Positions 26,433 through 38,514 of a DNA stretch of 64,000 nt are shown here, piece by piece; positions within the stretch are counted from its first letter, which is position 1, and the number at the start of each line of letters is the position of its first letter. Source of the stretch: Octopus bimaculoides (lineage: Eukaryota); NCBI RefSeq assembly GCF_001194135.2, contig NC_068985.1, forward strand, positions 24,658,653 through 24,722,652, in the 5' to 3' direction. The position numbers and the translations under genes are program-made. The notes under the pieces are model-generated. The model saw only the letters and a list, made by a program, of their open reading frames with translations. It was not told where the DNA came from and ran no database searches.

Positions 26433-26710
26433 TATGTAATATAATTTTAATCTTCGGATTTTTTAAATATGCTAGGCCACTGGTTTTAATTGATTAATAT
26501 CAATTTCTACCCTCATTATCAAATTATATATATATATATATATACATACATACATGTTAGTGCATTTAAAATTATGACAACTGAATACCTAATGTATGCT
26601 TATGTGTGTGCCTATATACATCATCATCATCATATATAGAGACTGTACTGGGTAATTTTTCTGTAGCACTGGCACAAGTAAGGTCGCCAAGAACTTGAAG
26701 ACAAGACTCC

Positions 26711-26750
<40 letters not shown>

Positions 26751-27084
26751 CTTTGATGTAGTTGAAAATCAATCTCTTCCAGTCAGAATTCACAGTACAA
26801 GTTGTACTATTCATCCTTTATATCACTGAATACAAAATGTGGGTCATAAGACCCCCAATCAGGTGATTTGCCTGTGTCACCATTTCACCCTTGTATGCCA
26901 ATGTATCGCAAGGTTACCCATTTACAGTTATACATATGACTTGTATAAAATTCTAGAGAAGCATTTTCATAAACACACCCATACAATCCTCAACATCCAC
27001 ACACAATCACACATATATATCACACCCACCACCTGTGCCAACAACTGCTACCATATAAATAAATAGTTTCTGCCTTTTGCTTAC

Positions 27085-27156
27085 CTTCTTCAGATTTTCC
27101 ATCTTCTCACAAGCTTCCTGTATTTTTTTCTCAATCTCTTTATTTTTGACTGGCAA
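27085..27156 (-). CDS. ARAP: ARAP exon LPVKNKEIEKKIQEACEKMENLKK (linker)
   Basis: taaacag/gtaagc, 72 nt, phase 0 to 0; charged helix at the expected position. Confidence 0.87.
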
Positions 27157-27575
27157 CTGTTTAAAAAACAGATATTAAATATACAAAATTATTTTTCATA
27201 AATAAATACAGAAATTAAAGTTGAGATTTTCAAGTCAATAAAACATTTTAATAGCTCTAAGCACAAATCATATTTTACACTTGGTTGTGGGTAAGTTTCA
27301 AAATACTTCCTTGCTAAAGAAATGTGACAGTAATTTTCACAGCACTTAATGGTACTTTATTAACTAAGGAAAGATGAAAAATATTAGAGTTTGGTTTTTC
27401 TAAGTTAGAAATAAATAACCTTCCTGCCCTCAATTAACTTTTAATATGACCAAGTAGAAGCACAAGCCAAAGAAGTCTCAGCATGATACATTAGGGCTAA
27501 GCAACAACTATCATGTAGTACATTTGCTTAATATAGCAAGGATTTGAGTTGCTGCTATCTCTAGCGATCAAGTGT

Positions 27576-27622
27576 CCATCATTGATGAGACCAAGGAAGG
27601 TTGAAATCATGTGATCTGATGG
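27576..27622 (+). ncRNA. Type I hammerhead motif, copy 1 of a tandem pair (C3U)
   Basis: CCAUCA-UUGAUGA-GACC(aaggaa)GGUU-GAAAUC(AUGU)GAUC/UGAUGG. Perfect 6-bp helix I, 4-bp helix II, 3-bp helix III. Confidence 0.75.
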
Positions 27623-27773
27623 TCTCGGCGCTGGAGCTGGTGGGGATTTATCTCACCACTAGTGATATAAACAAGTATGCATTTTACCCCAAAAGCCTAT
27701 ATGAGAATTTCTCTCGTGGTAACTACCACAGTATAGTTTCTTCTAACAAAACATCCAAGTTTAAGTAGAGTTA

Positions 27774-28061
27774 AATATTACTTCTCAGTATTAATACTGT
27801 CTCTGTTGCTAATATATATTCTTTAATGAACTCACTGGCTAATCATGACGCCAGTACCTGCTCTGGCATTGATTTTCTAAATATCACTGGTGATGAGATG
27901 AGCCCCTGCCATCTCTAGTGGTTGAGTGTCCATCACTGATGAGACCAAGGAAAGTTGAAAATCACATGCCAGAGCAGGTACTGGCGTCATGATTAGCCAG
28001 TGAGTTCATTAAAGAATATATATTAGCAACAGAGACAGTATTAATACTGAGAAGTAATATT
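27774..28061. repeat. Perfect 96-bp inverted repeat (27774-27869 / 27966-28061), 96-nt spacer
   Basis: Arms checked base by base, no mismatch. Confidence 0.95.
27930..27968 (+). ncRNA. Type I hammerhead motif, copy 2 of the tandem pair, interrupted near the cleavage site
   Basis: CCAUCA-CUGAUGA-GACC(aaggaa)AGUU-GAAAAUC(ACAU)G, followed by an inverted-duplicated segment. Confidence 0.65.
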
Positions 28062-28602
28062 GTGGTTTCACTGCTGGAGTTGGTGAGGATTTGTCTCTCC
28101 ACTAGTAATATAAACAAAGCAATGCATTTTGCATCAAAAGCTTATATGAGAGTTTTTCTCATAGTATCTCCTGCAGTAAAGTTTGTTCTAACAGAACATC
28201 CATATTTAAGTGAGAATAAACATTACTTCTCATCAAAGCAAGAGAGATAAAAAAAAAACAGGAAAAAAGTACATGTATATCAATAAAAAAAAAATCAGAG
28301 GTCCTTTCCAAGCCATAAGACTGGTTTCTGTGGCGTATATGTCCTCCAACTGGGTGGGACACCAGCTCATCATAAGTTTACTCATTTTCACCAGCTGAGT
28401 AGACTGCAGCAATGTGAAATGAAATATTTTGCTCAAGAACACAATGCATTGCCCGGTCCAGGAATCAAAACCACACTTTTACACTCATGACTAACCACTA
28501 AGCCACATGTGTTGTAAATACATGACTTAAATTAATCAACATCAAAAAATTATATAAGATAAAAAAAAAAAATGATAAAATAAAGCAATGCTGTTCACTC
28601 AC

Positions 28603-28677
28603 TTCAAACAAGCGTTCATGGTACTTGATGAGTTCACGAATAACAGTAATCTCAGAATTTGTATTGGAATAATTGTT
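28603..28677 (-). CDS. ARAP: ARAP exon NNYSNTNSEITVIRELIKYHERLFE (RhoGAP end)
   Basis: tttcag/gtgagt, 75 nt, phase 0 to 0. Confidence 0.92.
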
Positions 28678-28744
28678 CTGAAACAAACAAATAAAAATAG
28701 GCATTAATTAGTTAATTAATTAATTAATTATTATTATTATTATT

Positions 28745-29200
28745 TCTATTATAGACGACGCACAGTATACAGTATCATGCGGTTGTTGATTGAAGATATT
28801 GCGTCTACTGGAGGTTTTTATTGTTTGTCAAGTCACAACAGGGACCTCAGATAGACAATACTTTACGCAATACATGTGCAGTTCTAAGTAATGCTGATTC
28901 TTGTAATATATCTAGATTGCAAGGTATTTCTAAAGTTTTCAGATGCTTTTTCAAATTGGATGGTATTGAACCCAATGCTCTGATAACAATAGGGATAACC
29001 TTTATGTTTGACTCTCGTAGCTGCCACATCTTAGCAATCTCAATTCTCAGGTCTCCATATTTATCGACCTTTTCTCTTTCTTTCATGATGATATGTTGAA
29101 CTCCTAGTACTGCCATGTCAATTATTAGGCACTCCTGTTTGTCCCTCCTAAAGGTCACTACATCTGACCTTTGGTGCTCTAACACCTTGTCATTATCCAT
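28745..29200 (-). mobile_element. Second 5'-truncated R4/Dong-clade fragment
   Basis: ORF 28847-29200: DKVLEHQRSDVV...IIDMAVLG...SALLRTAHVLRKVLSI. 3' UTR homologous to the 4398 copy and ends in (TAA)n. Confidence 0.85.
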
Positions 29201-29821
29201 AATATTAATATGCCAATTTGCATCCTTAAAATACCGCCAAGCATTTCGCCTGGTGTGCTAACGATTCTGCCAGCTCGCCACCTTTAACTGTCGCAATATA
29301 GAAACATTTCTCACGGCACCAGCACACAATTTACAGATGCTTACGTTTTCTATATTTTCCATGAATTTTTCACAGGTCCAGCTCGTTATTATTATTACAG
29401 TGCCACTTAAAAGCATCTGTGCAATACCATGTAAAAGCACCCAGCACACTCTGTAAAGTGGTCAGTGCTAGGAAGAGAATCCAGCTGTAGAAACCATGCC
29501 AAATCAGACAGAAGTCTGGTGGTGCAGCTGGGCACACCATTTCTACTGTGTTTCTTTTTTTTTTAATTTCTTAAGATTTCTATGTTTTAAATAGGCTATA
29601 GTAGAAGACACTAGCATAAAATACCACATAGTGGGACTGAACCCACAGTGGAACGATTGCAAAGTATGCTTCTTAACTACACAGCCATGTGCCTGCATTG
29701 ACACATATATATAATCATATACATCTATACACACACCCACGAATGCACATGCACATACACACATAGATATAAATATCAATGATGATAGTTGATTCTCTGA
29801 AATGTGTGATAGTCAACTTAC

Positions 29822-29912
29822 TTGGCTGGATCCACCTGACATCAGGGTTGGACCAAACACAATTGCTAATTGGTCAATACCCATTTTATTTGAATGCTCA
29901 TTCTCAGCAACA
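29822..29912 (-). CDS. ARAP: ARAP exon VAENEHSNKMGIDQLAIVFGPTLMSGGSSQ (RhoGAP)
   Basis: tttgtag/gtaagt, 91 nt; NKM...LAIVFGPTL motif. Confidence 0.95.
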
Positions 29913-30095
29913 CTACAAAGAAAGGTTTAAAAGAAAAATTAGTAAAATATACAAAAACAGAATGGCAATATAATAAAGAAGACGTATAAAGAATCAGTCA
30001 TACACACATACAGACATATACACATGAATGCATGCAAGCGTCCTTAAAATTAAGGAACAATTGTTTAGAACAAGAGAAGCAAGATATTAATTTAC

Positions 30096-30201
30096 CTCCA
30101 AAGATGAGTAACCAGTTTCTTTAATGTGTTTTGGTTGACAAGTGGCAGTTCTTTGATTAAGTATTTGTACCAATTCAGTTTGGCTTGAGTATCATCAGTT
30201 T
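30096..30201 (-). CDS. ARAP: ARAP exon TDDTQAKLNWYKYLIKELPLVNQNTLKKLVTHLW(S) (RhoGAP)
   Basis: ttttag/gtaaat, 106 nt; LP-x-x-N-x-x-TL-x-x-L-x-x-HL motif. Confidence 0.95.
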
Positions 30202-30705
30202 CTAAAATGATAAAAAATGGAAAGAATATAATAGAAATAATAATAATAATAATAATAATAATTCTTTCTACTGGAAGCACAAGGCTTCAGATTTGGGGGA
30301 AGGGATTGAGTCGATTACATTGACACCAACTGGTGTAATTGGTACTTATTTAATCGACTCCAAAAGGATGAAAGGCAAAGTCAACCACAGGGGAATTTGA
30401 ACTCTGTGATTGAATCAAATTCAATGACTGGCACCTGTGCCAGTGGAGTGTTAAGAGCACCATCCGAGCGTGATCATTGCCAGAGCAGCTGTCTGGCTTC
30501 CGTGCCAATGACACGTAAATAGCACCATTTGAGCGTGATCATTACCAGCAAATGGCAAACCCAAACAAAAAAACCGACGAGTATGGAGAAAGCTTATCAA
30601 GTCATGCCAAAGCCATGAACAGTCATAGCCACGATGATTGAGTGCAGATAATTGACCTATTAATGTCACTCATTAAAAGGATAGACATTATTTTATTCAT
30701 CCAAA

Positions 30706-31990
30706 GGTGGCGAGCTGGCAGAAATGTTAGCACGTTAGAAATAAGGCGGTGAGCTGGTAGAAACGTTAGCACGCCGGACGAAATGCTTAGTGGTATTTCG
30801 TCTGTCGTTACGTTCTGAGTTCAAATTCCGCCGAGGTCAACTTTGCCTTTCATCCTTTCAGGGTCGATAAATTAAGTACCAGTTACGCACTGGAGTTGAT
30901 GTAATCAACTTAATCTCTTTGTCTGTCCTTGTTTGTCCCCTTTATGTTTAGCCCCTTGTGGGCAATAAAGAAATAAGAATAAGAAATGTTAGCATGCTAG
31001 GTGAAATGCTTAGCGGTATTTCGTCTGCTGTTACGTTCTGAGTTTAAATTCTGCCGAGGTTGACTTTGCCTTTCATCCTTTCGGGGTCGATAAATTAAGT
31101 ACCAGTTGCATACTGGAGTCAATCTCATTGATTGGCCCCACTTTCCAAAAATTTCAGGCCTTGTGCCTAGAGTAGAAAAGATTATTTTGTTCATCCAGCC
31201 TACCTGCTGTCTTAATCCATTTCTCATAAAGAGTTTTGGTTAGAAGTGAGTCAGCCATTTCCCTGAAGAACCTCTTAAGAACACCAGTAACAGTAGGAAG
31301 ATTGTAGGTGTCGACCACCAGTTGTACTTTTTGAGCATCTGAAATATAAAAGAGTAGAATATATATATATATATATTTTTTTTTTCCATTTATTTCTGTT
31401 TCACCTAGAATTTGAGTGCTTGTGGTAGTTGACATTTTCCACACGCAATATTATTAGCAACTGGTAAGGCGGTGAGCTGGCAGAAAAAGGTGCACTGGGG
31501 TCGATGTAATCGACTTAATCCCTTTGTCTGACCTTGTTTGTCTCCTCTACGTTTAGCCCCTTGTGGGCAATAAAGAAATAAAAAATGTTAGCACGCTGGT
31601 TGAAATGCTTAGTGGTATTTTGTCTGTTTTTACATTCTGAGTTCAAATTCTGCCGAAGTCGACTTTGCCTTTCATCCTTTCGGGGTCGATAAATTAAGTA
31701 CCAGTTACACACTGGGGTCGATGTAATTGACTTAATCCCTTTGTCTATCCTTGATTGTGCCCTCTATGTTTAGCTCCTTGTGGGCAATAAAGAAATACGA
31801 ATCATTAGCATGCCCAGCAAAATGCTTGGCAGAATTTCTCCTGTCTTTATATTCTGTGCTCAAATTCTGCTGAGGTCAACTTTGCCTTTCATCCTTTCAG
31901 GGCCAATAAAATAAGCACCAGTTGAGCACTGAGTTTGATGTAATCAACTTATCCCAATCCCCAAACTTACTGGTCATGTGTCAAAATTTT
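30706..31990 (+). mobile_element. Cluster of at least five same-orientation family B SINEs around exon 31204-31338
   Basis: Repeated ggcggtgagctggcagaa...ttctgagttcaaattccgccgaggtcgactttgcctttcatcctttcggggtcgataaattaagtaccag. Confidence 0.85.
31204..31338 (-). CDS. ARAP: ARAP exon AQKVQLVVDTYNLPTVTGVLKRFFREMADSLLTKTLYEKWIKTA(E) (RhoGAP)
   Basis: tttcag/gtaggc, 135 nt; LK-x-FFRE motif. Confidence 0.95.
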
Positions 31991-32640
31991 GTAACCAATA
32001 TTAGCAACTGTTAAGGTAGCAAGCTGGCAGAATTGTTAGCACACTAGGCAAAATACTTACTCTCTGTTACTTGTTTCAGTCATTTGACTGTCGCCATGCT
32101 GGAGCACCGACTTTGGTCGAGCAAATCGCACACAGGACTTATTCTTTGGAAGCCTAGTACTTATTCTATCGGTCTTTTTTGCTGAACTGCCAAGTTATGG
32201 GGACGTAAACACACCAGCATCAGTTGCCAAGCTACGTTGGCAGAGACAAACACAGACACACAAACATATACATACACATACATATATATATATATACATA
32301 TATATGACAGGCTTCTTTCAGTTTTCGTCTACCAAATCCACTCATAAGGCTTTGGTCAGCCCAAGGCTATAGTAGAAGACACTTGCCCAAGGTGCCACTC
32401 AGTGGGACTAAACCTAGAACTATGTGGTTGGTAAGCAAGCTACTTACCACACAGCCACTCCTACGCCTATACTTAGTGGCATTTTATCCATCTTTACATT
32501 TTGTGTTGAAATTCAAGTTTGACTTTGGTTTTCATCCTATCGGGGTGAATAAAATAAATACCAGTTAAGCATTGGTTTCAACATAATCTACTTATTCCCT
32601 CTCCTAAACATGCTGCCCTGATACCGAAATTTGAAACCAA

Positions 32641-33087
32641 TACAGGTCATCATCGATTTACGACTGATCAACTTTACGATGACTGGCATGCCAGCTCCCA
32701 GCAGCAATAATATATAGTCCGGTTTAAATTTAATGGGTTTAATTTCCTAGAAATTAACCCATATACAGATGATGTCATCTAACAAATGCTTCCCCAAGGT
32801 TTGGTTATCAATTACCACTGTACTAGACCACTATCCTGTCACGGAGACATCGAGGCAACCTTGTATTTGTTTATAAGATGACTGCTTGAGACACCGAAAT
32901 TTTTGACTAACACCAGTAAAATAGCAATAATACAGAATGCTATTTGTGACTTTTACCTGAGAATGTACCTTAAGAATGTAAAAACATAAAACAAAGCTAT
33001 GTGGGCCTACAGGCCAACTTACGACCAAATTGACTTACAACCAGTCAGTCGGAACCAATTGTGGTTGTAAGTCAATGACGACCTGTA
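32641..33087. mobile_element. Tigger-like non-autonomous element
   Basis: TA-caggtcatcatcgatttacgac...gtaagtcaatgacgacctg-TA. Confidence 0.75.
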
Positions 33088-33213
33088 TTATCTGTTAGTT
33101 TTCTTTCTTTCTTTTTTGTTACTGTTTTCCTTATCATCAAAATATGAAAGAAGTTTACTTTTAAAATATCACAGCATACCTTATAAAGACTAGAAAGCAA
33201 CAGTGTAACTTAC

Positions 33214-33291
33214 CAGTATGGAATATCTCTAATAACTTTGCGATTTGAGACTTAACACCACTTTGACGATAGATACCACTTTCATGTAATC
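33214..33291 (-). CDS. ARAP: ARAP exon LHESGIYRQSGVKSQIAKLLEIFHT(D) (RhoGAP arginine finger)
   Basis: ttaatag/gtaagt, 78 nt; GIYR-x-x-G catalytic motif. Confidence 0.95.
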
Positions 33292-34686
33292 CTATTAAAA
33301 TGCAAAAGAAATCCTGCTGTATAGATTCTTAGACAGAAAACAATTCTAAATTAAACAGAACAACTCAAAGATGAGATTTATTTTAAAGTTTCATTACAAA
33401 AGATGGTTGTAGCGACAAATATATCCCAAAGCAAAAGCATTTCAATATAAGCAGTTTGTGGCTATTTAGTCTCGTGTCAGTCCTAAGAAAGCAGAGCTAT
33501 GACCAAAAGTGTTCCAGCCATAACCATCCACTGTAACTTTTCTCTTTTTTTAAAGACAGTAGAGTTGGACAAAGAAAATTTCACTGCTATGTCTAGAAAA
33601 TCAGGTAGTCACATCATAGAAACAGGTTCTTTTATTGGCTCATTCAGTGGTTGGTGTTAGAAAGGGCATCAAGTCATAGAAACCATGGCAAAGCTAACAT
33701 TGGAGCTCAATGCAGTCTTGCAGCTTGCTGGGTCTTGTCAAACCATCCAACCCATGCCAGTATGGAAAACAGATGTTAAACAATGGAGTTCTTGATGCAT
33801 TCTAAAATACTCCTTTAAGGTATTATTCTGTTTGGTTTGTGCTGTTTGGATGATTTTTCAGATATTCAAAGACTTCTGAAGAGACTCTAACAGTACACAC
33901 AAGTAGAACCAGGGCCAAAATGGAGCTAAGCCACCACAACAATCTAGACAGGTAGTCAAATATTTTATTAGTAACCTCTATATTATAGGTGAGGAAGTGC
34001 ATGGTTTAGTGGTTATGGAGCTGGACTCACAATCATAAGATTGTGGTTTCAATTCCTGGACAGGGTGATGTGTTGTGTTCTTGAGCAAAACACTTTATTT
34101 CACATTGCTTCAATTCACTCAGACAGCGAAAATGAGTAATCCTGCAACAGACTGATGCCCTATCCAGGGAGAAATATATATACACCAGAGTAACAAGTTG
34201 GCAAATTAGCAAGGAATAGAATGCCTTGCAGCATTTATTATAACTCTCAGTATCCTGATTTCAAATCCTGTTATGGTAAACTTTGCCTTTTCACTTTTCC
34301 ATGTTTAATAGAAAGGTATCAATCCGAAGCAATGTATAAGCAGAATTGTTGGCGGTTCAGACAAGATGTCTAGTGATATTTGTCCTAGTTCTTTGTATTC
34401 TGACAATGCCTGCAACAACACCAATGCCAAGCTGTGTTGGACCAAGTCAGTAACCTTTCTCTTAGATAAACATTGGTATATGTGAAAAGAGAAAACTTAC
34501 AAACAGAGGTAACTGACAATATTTTGTGCAAGTCGTCACCTATATTTATAGATGCATGGTCAACCTTGAGCAGTAAAGGGTCATGTATCATAGATATGTT
34601 CATGCAGAACTGACTAAGCTTCTCAACATGTTCTCCTCTCACACACACACACACATAGAAAGGAAAAAAAAAACGCTGACACCTAC

Positions 34687-34777
34687 CATTTGTCATAATG
34701 AACTTGATACATTTATCTACAACGACTGGGACATCATCAGCAGTCAGTTGTTGGTCATTAAAGAACCGTTGACATGT
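34687..34777 (-). CDS. ARAP: ARAP exon TCQRFFNDQQLTADDVPVVVDKCIKFIMTN(G) (RhoGAP start)
   Basis: ttttcag/gtaggt, 91 nt; QQL-x-x-x-DVP-x-x-V-x-KC RhoGAP entry. Confidence 0.95.
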
Positions 34778-35969
34778 CTGAAAAAGGTTCAAGAAAACAG
34801 AAACAAACTAATGACTGTCTGCATTTAATACTGGTTTCTAATATTCAATATTTATTTTAACATTCAATATTTAATGCAGGTGTAGGAATAGCTATGTGTT
34901 GAGAAGGTAGCTTTCTAACCACATGGGTCTGAGTTTAATCCCACTGTATGGCACCTTGGGTAAGTGCCTTCTACCATAGTTCCAGGTGTGAATGGATTTG
35001 GTAGATGGAAAGTGAAGGAAGCCCATTACATGAGGGTTACTGTCTCCATGCTTTGACAATAAGTGATAGTTGGAAATGGATGTCAGCATCATGCAAGTAG
35101 TGTCCTTCATTCTCAGTCTTCCATTAAAAATCATGTCTGGCTAAAGGGAAATATTACCTTATTTGGAAACAGATGAGGAGTGGCAACAGGAAGGACATCC
35201 AATTACAGAAAATCCACCTCAACCCTCAACAAAAATTCAATCCAAACCATGAGAACATGGAAAAGTGGGTGCTAAAATGATGATGATGATGGTGTTATGA
35301 TGAAATTCTAAACAGTTAGAATGGTTAAGATGGCAAAGAGAGTAGTGTGCATTTCCAACTGATTTCATTATAACAAGTTTGGTACTACAACATACCGAGT
35401 TCAATTCACATCAAAGTCAAGTTGACATTAGATCATTTCAAAATATAGGAGATATACATAAGTAATATTTGTTTGTTTTACACCCATTTTTCTATGCTAG
35501 CATGGATTAGATGATTACATATTATAGGAGCATTTTTTTTTTACAGTTGGATACTCATTCTGCCACTAACCCTTACCACAGAGCTACTAAATGATTCGTT
35601 AACAGGGAAATGCCAACAAATGTCACTAACTGTAGCTCAACAATTTTCATGCAAACTGCAGAATGTAAGCATTCATAAAGAAACTACACACATATGATAG
35701 GCTTTGAATCATTCCCCTCCACTAATTTCACCCACAAGACATAGGTTGGCTCAGGGTTATAGTAGAACACACATAACTAGAGTGCCTCACAGATGGATTG
35801 AACCGAAAACCACATTGTTGCAAGAGATATGGAGCATAAATCAGATTACTTTTAATTTTATTCGTTATTAATAATAATTTATTTTATATAGTAACAGACA
35901 AAACTGATAAGTGTTTATGTATCTCCACTGAGTGAATGCATAAACAAACCAAGAGGTTAAGAAACTTGA

Positions 35970-36410
35970 TGCAGGCATGGCTGTGTGGTAAGAAGTTTGC
36001 TTCCCAACCACATGGTTCTGGGTTCAGTCCCACTGCATGGCACCTTGGGCAAGTGTCTTCTCCTATAGCCTCAGGCTAACCAAAGCCTTGTGAGGGGATT
36101 TGGTAGACGGAAACTGAAAGAAGCCTGCTGTATATGTATGTATGTAGGTATGCATGTATATATATATAAAGAGAGAGATAGAGATATGTTTATATATTTG
36201 TGTGTCTGTGTTTGTCTCCCTGCCATCACTTGACAACCGATGCTGGTGTGTTTATGTCCCCGTAAGTTAGCGGTTCGGCAAAAGGAGCCAATAGAGTAAG
36301 TACTAGGCTTACAAAGAATAAGTCCTGGACTTGATTTCTTTGACTGAAATCCTTTAAGGTGGTGCTCTAGCATGGCCGCAATCAAATGACTGAAACAAGT
36401 AAAAGAATAG
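35970..36410 (+). mobile_element. SINE family A, full length. Other copies at about 5860-6240, 6650-7010, 12170-12600, 20225-20640, 21108-21650, 32060-32470, 54885-55265 and 60180-60575.
   Basis: Recurrent head, central microsatellite and tail, recognisable by eye across copies. Confidence 0.85.
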
Positions 36411-36434
36411 AAAAAAATAAAAGAGCAAACTTAC

Positions 36435-36507
36435 AACTGTTGCTTTTTGCATCAATGTTGCTAATCGTTCAGTATCATGCTGTAAGTCAGCTTGTAAATA
36501 AAGAGCT
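36435..36507 (-). CDS. ARAP: ARAP exon ALYLQADLQHDTERLATLMQKATV (PH4 end)
   Basis: ctttcag/gtaagt, 73 nt; LY(L/I)Q motif. Confidence 0.9.
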
Positions 36508-37272
36508 CTGAAAGAAGGAAAAGAAAAAAAAGAGACATCATCATCATAATTTAGCATTTGTTTTCCATGCTGGCATGGGTTGGATGGTTTGACTGAAAAC
36601 TGGTAAGCTGCACCAGGTTTCAATCTGATTTGGCATGGTTTCTACAGCTGGATGCCCTTCCTAATATCAATCACTCCAAGAGTGTAGTAGATGGTCTCTA
36701 CATGTCACCGGCATCAGCCATGACTGCGATCTCACTTGGTTTGATAGGTCTTATCAAGCACAGTACATTGCCAAGGATCTCGGTCACCTGTCACTGCCTC
36801 CATGAGGCCCAAAGTTCGAAGGGTGCTTTCTTTACGTGTTACTGGCACTGGTACCAGTTATATGATACTGGCATAAATAACAGTAAATAGAAACTCAGAT
36901 TGAATGAACGCCAGTTGTCAAACAATGAGTGGGAAAGACAAACACAAATACACAGATACATATATAATAGAGGCTTCCACACAGTTTCTGTTCACTACAT
37001 TCACCTCACAAGGTCAACCTGGGACTAAAGTAGAAAACACTCTGCCAAAGTACTGTGCAGTGAGACTGAACCCCAAACCAAGTGGTTGCAAAGTGAGCTT
37101 CTTAATCATATAGTCACACAGATATAGGATTCCTTGTAAGCCTAATAAGAAATGGATTACTATGATACATGTAATCTGTATCAGAAATCAGGAGGACCAA
37201 AATCTGATAATGCTAACCACAACAACTGGGTACTTTAAGACTGGAGAAAGAACTTCTAGCTGTACATATAAG

Positions 37273-37659
37273 TACTGTGATACCTCGCAGTACGAGTTTA
37301 ATTCGTTCCATGACCAAGCTTGTCTTATGATTTATTTGTTTTACAAATCAATTTTCCCCACTGAAATTAACTAAAATATAATTAATCTGTTCCAGCACCC
37401 CCAAACCACTCAAAAATAATTTTTCAAGTGTTTTAAAACAGAAAAGGTGTAGTTACAAGTAAAATGACAATTATAAAAAAGAGAATGAAAAAGAAATATG
37501 TAAAGTGGTTTCATTAACTGAATTACCTTAAAAATGGGACAATTTGCATGCTCGTACTGCGAATTACCGCTCGTACTTTAAGACAAAAATTCACACGTCT
37601 CAGCTCGTACAGTAAATTACTCGTACAATGGTGCACTCATACTTTGTGGTTCTACTGTA
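37273..37659. mobile_element. Tigger-like non-autonomous element
   Basis: TA-ctgtgatacctcgcagtacgag...ctcatactttgtggttctactg-TA. Confidence 0.6.
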
Positions 37660-38104
37660 GGTGAATGAAAACAGCAATTTTTATGTGCCCAGGCTGTGAA
37701 TAGAACACAGTAGCAGTGACAGGAAAATTATCCTACTTTGTTTGAAAGATAACACAGTATTTCCAATGCCACACATAGGTATGTTGAAAACCACGTAAAG
37801 AAAGTGGATACATTTGAAGTAATGAGAGCCAGTCAAAGTTATGGACAACTGAGGCTGTCAAGATAGTCTTTCTATAGCAGAAATGAAATGTCAGACAGTC
37901 ACTACCCTTCTCTTGGCTGGGACCCATGTCTGCAATGAAGTTCACCCCCAGTTGCTGGACTGAGGCAACATGAAATCAAGTGCTTTGATCAAGGAGATAA
38001 CATACAAACTAGTCCATAAATCAAATGTACAACTTTCTGATCTTGAAACCAGCACCCTAACAATTAGGCCACATACCTTGCATAAATAAGAAATTAAAAC
38101 TTAC

Positions 38105-38186
38105 ATTTTAGGAAACACAGCTACAAAGCAGTGCCCATTATTTTGTATTGCACCAATGCACCTTTCATCAGGTGTGTTAATTTTGG
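38105..38186 (-). CDS. ARAP: ARAP exon KINTPDERCIGAIQNNGHCFVAVFPK(I) (PH4)
   Basis: poly-T tag/gtaagt, 82 nt, phase 1 to 2. Confidence 0.87.
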
Positions 38187-38514
38187 CTAAAAAAAAAAAG
38201 GAAAAGAAGTTTATGATAAATGTAATAAGACAGTTTTATTAAAATATAAAATAAGTTTAAGAGTAAATGATAGAAATCAGAGAAATGAAATATGTGACGG
38301 ACAATAAGAAGAGTTGTGGAAAATGTGGAGAGGTTGAGAGGAAAAGGGGAAAGACTGCAAGGACAAAACGTGTTAGAAAAAAGAAAGATGTGGAAACACA
38401 GAGAAGTTAGTGAGATAGAAACACAGTGAATAAATGTAAAGGGCAAGATAAAGGCTGTGGAAGGACACCACAAAGAGAGACAGGTGGTAGTGTAGGAGTA
38501 TAAAATCATCATCA

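Noticed and set aside
30706-31990. Regularly recurring units as a CRISPR-like array
   Set aside because: Eukaryotic SINE copies of 150-270 bp, with no repeat-spacer structure and no cas genes.
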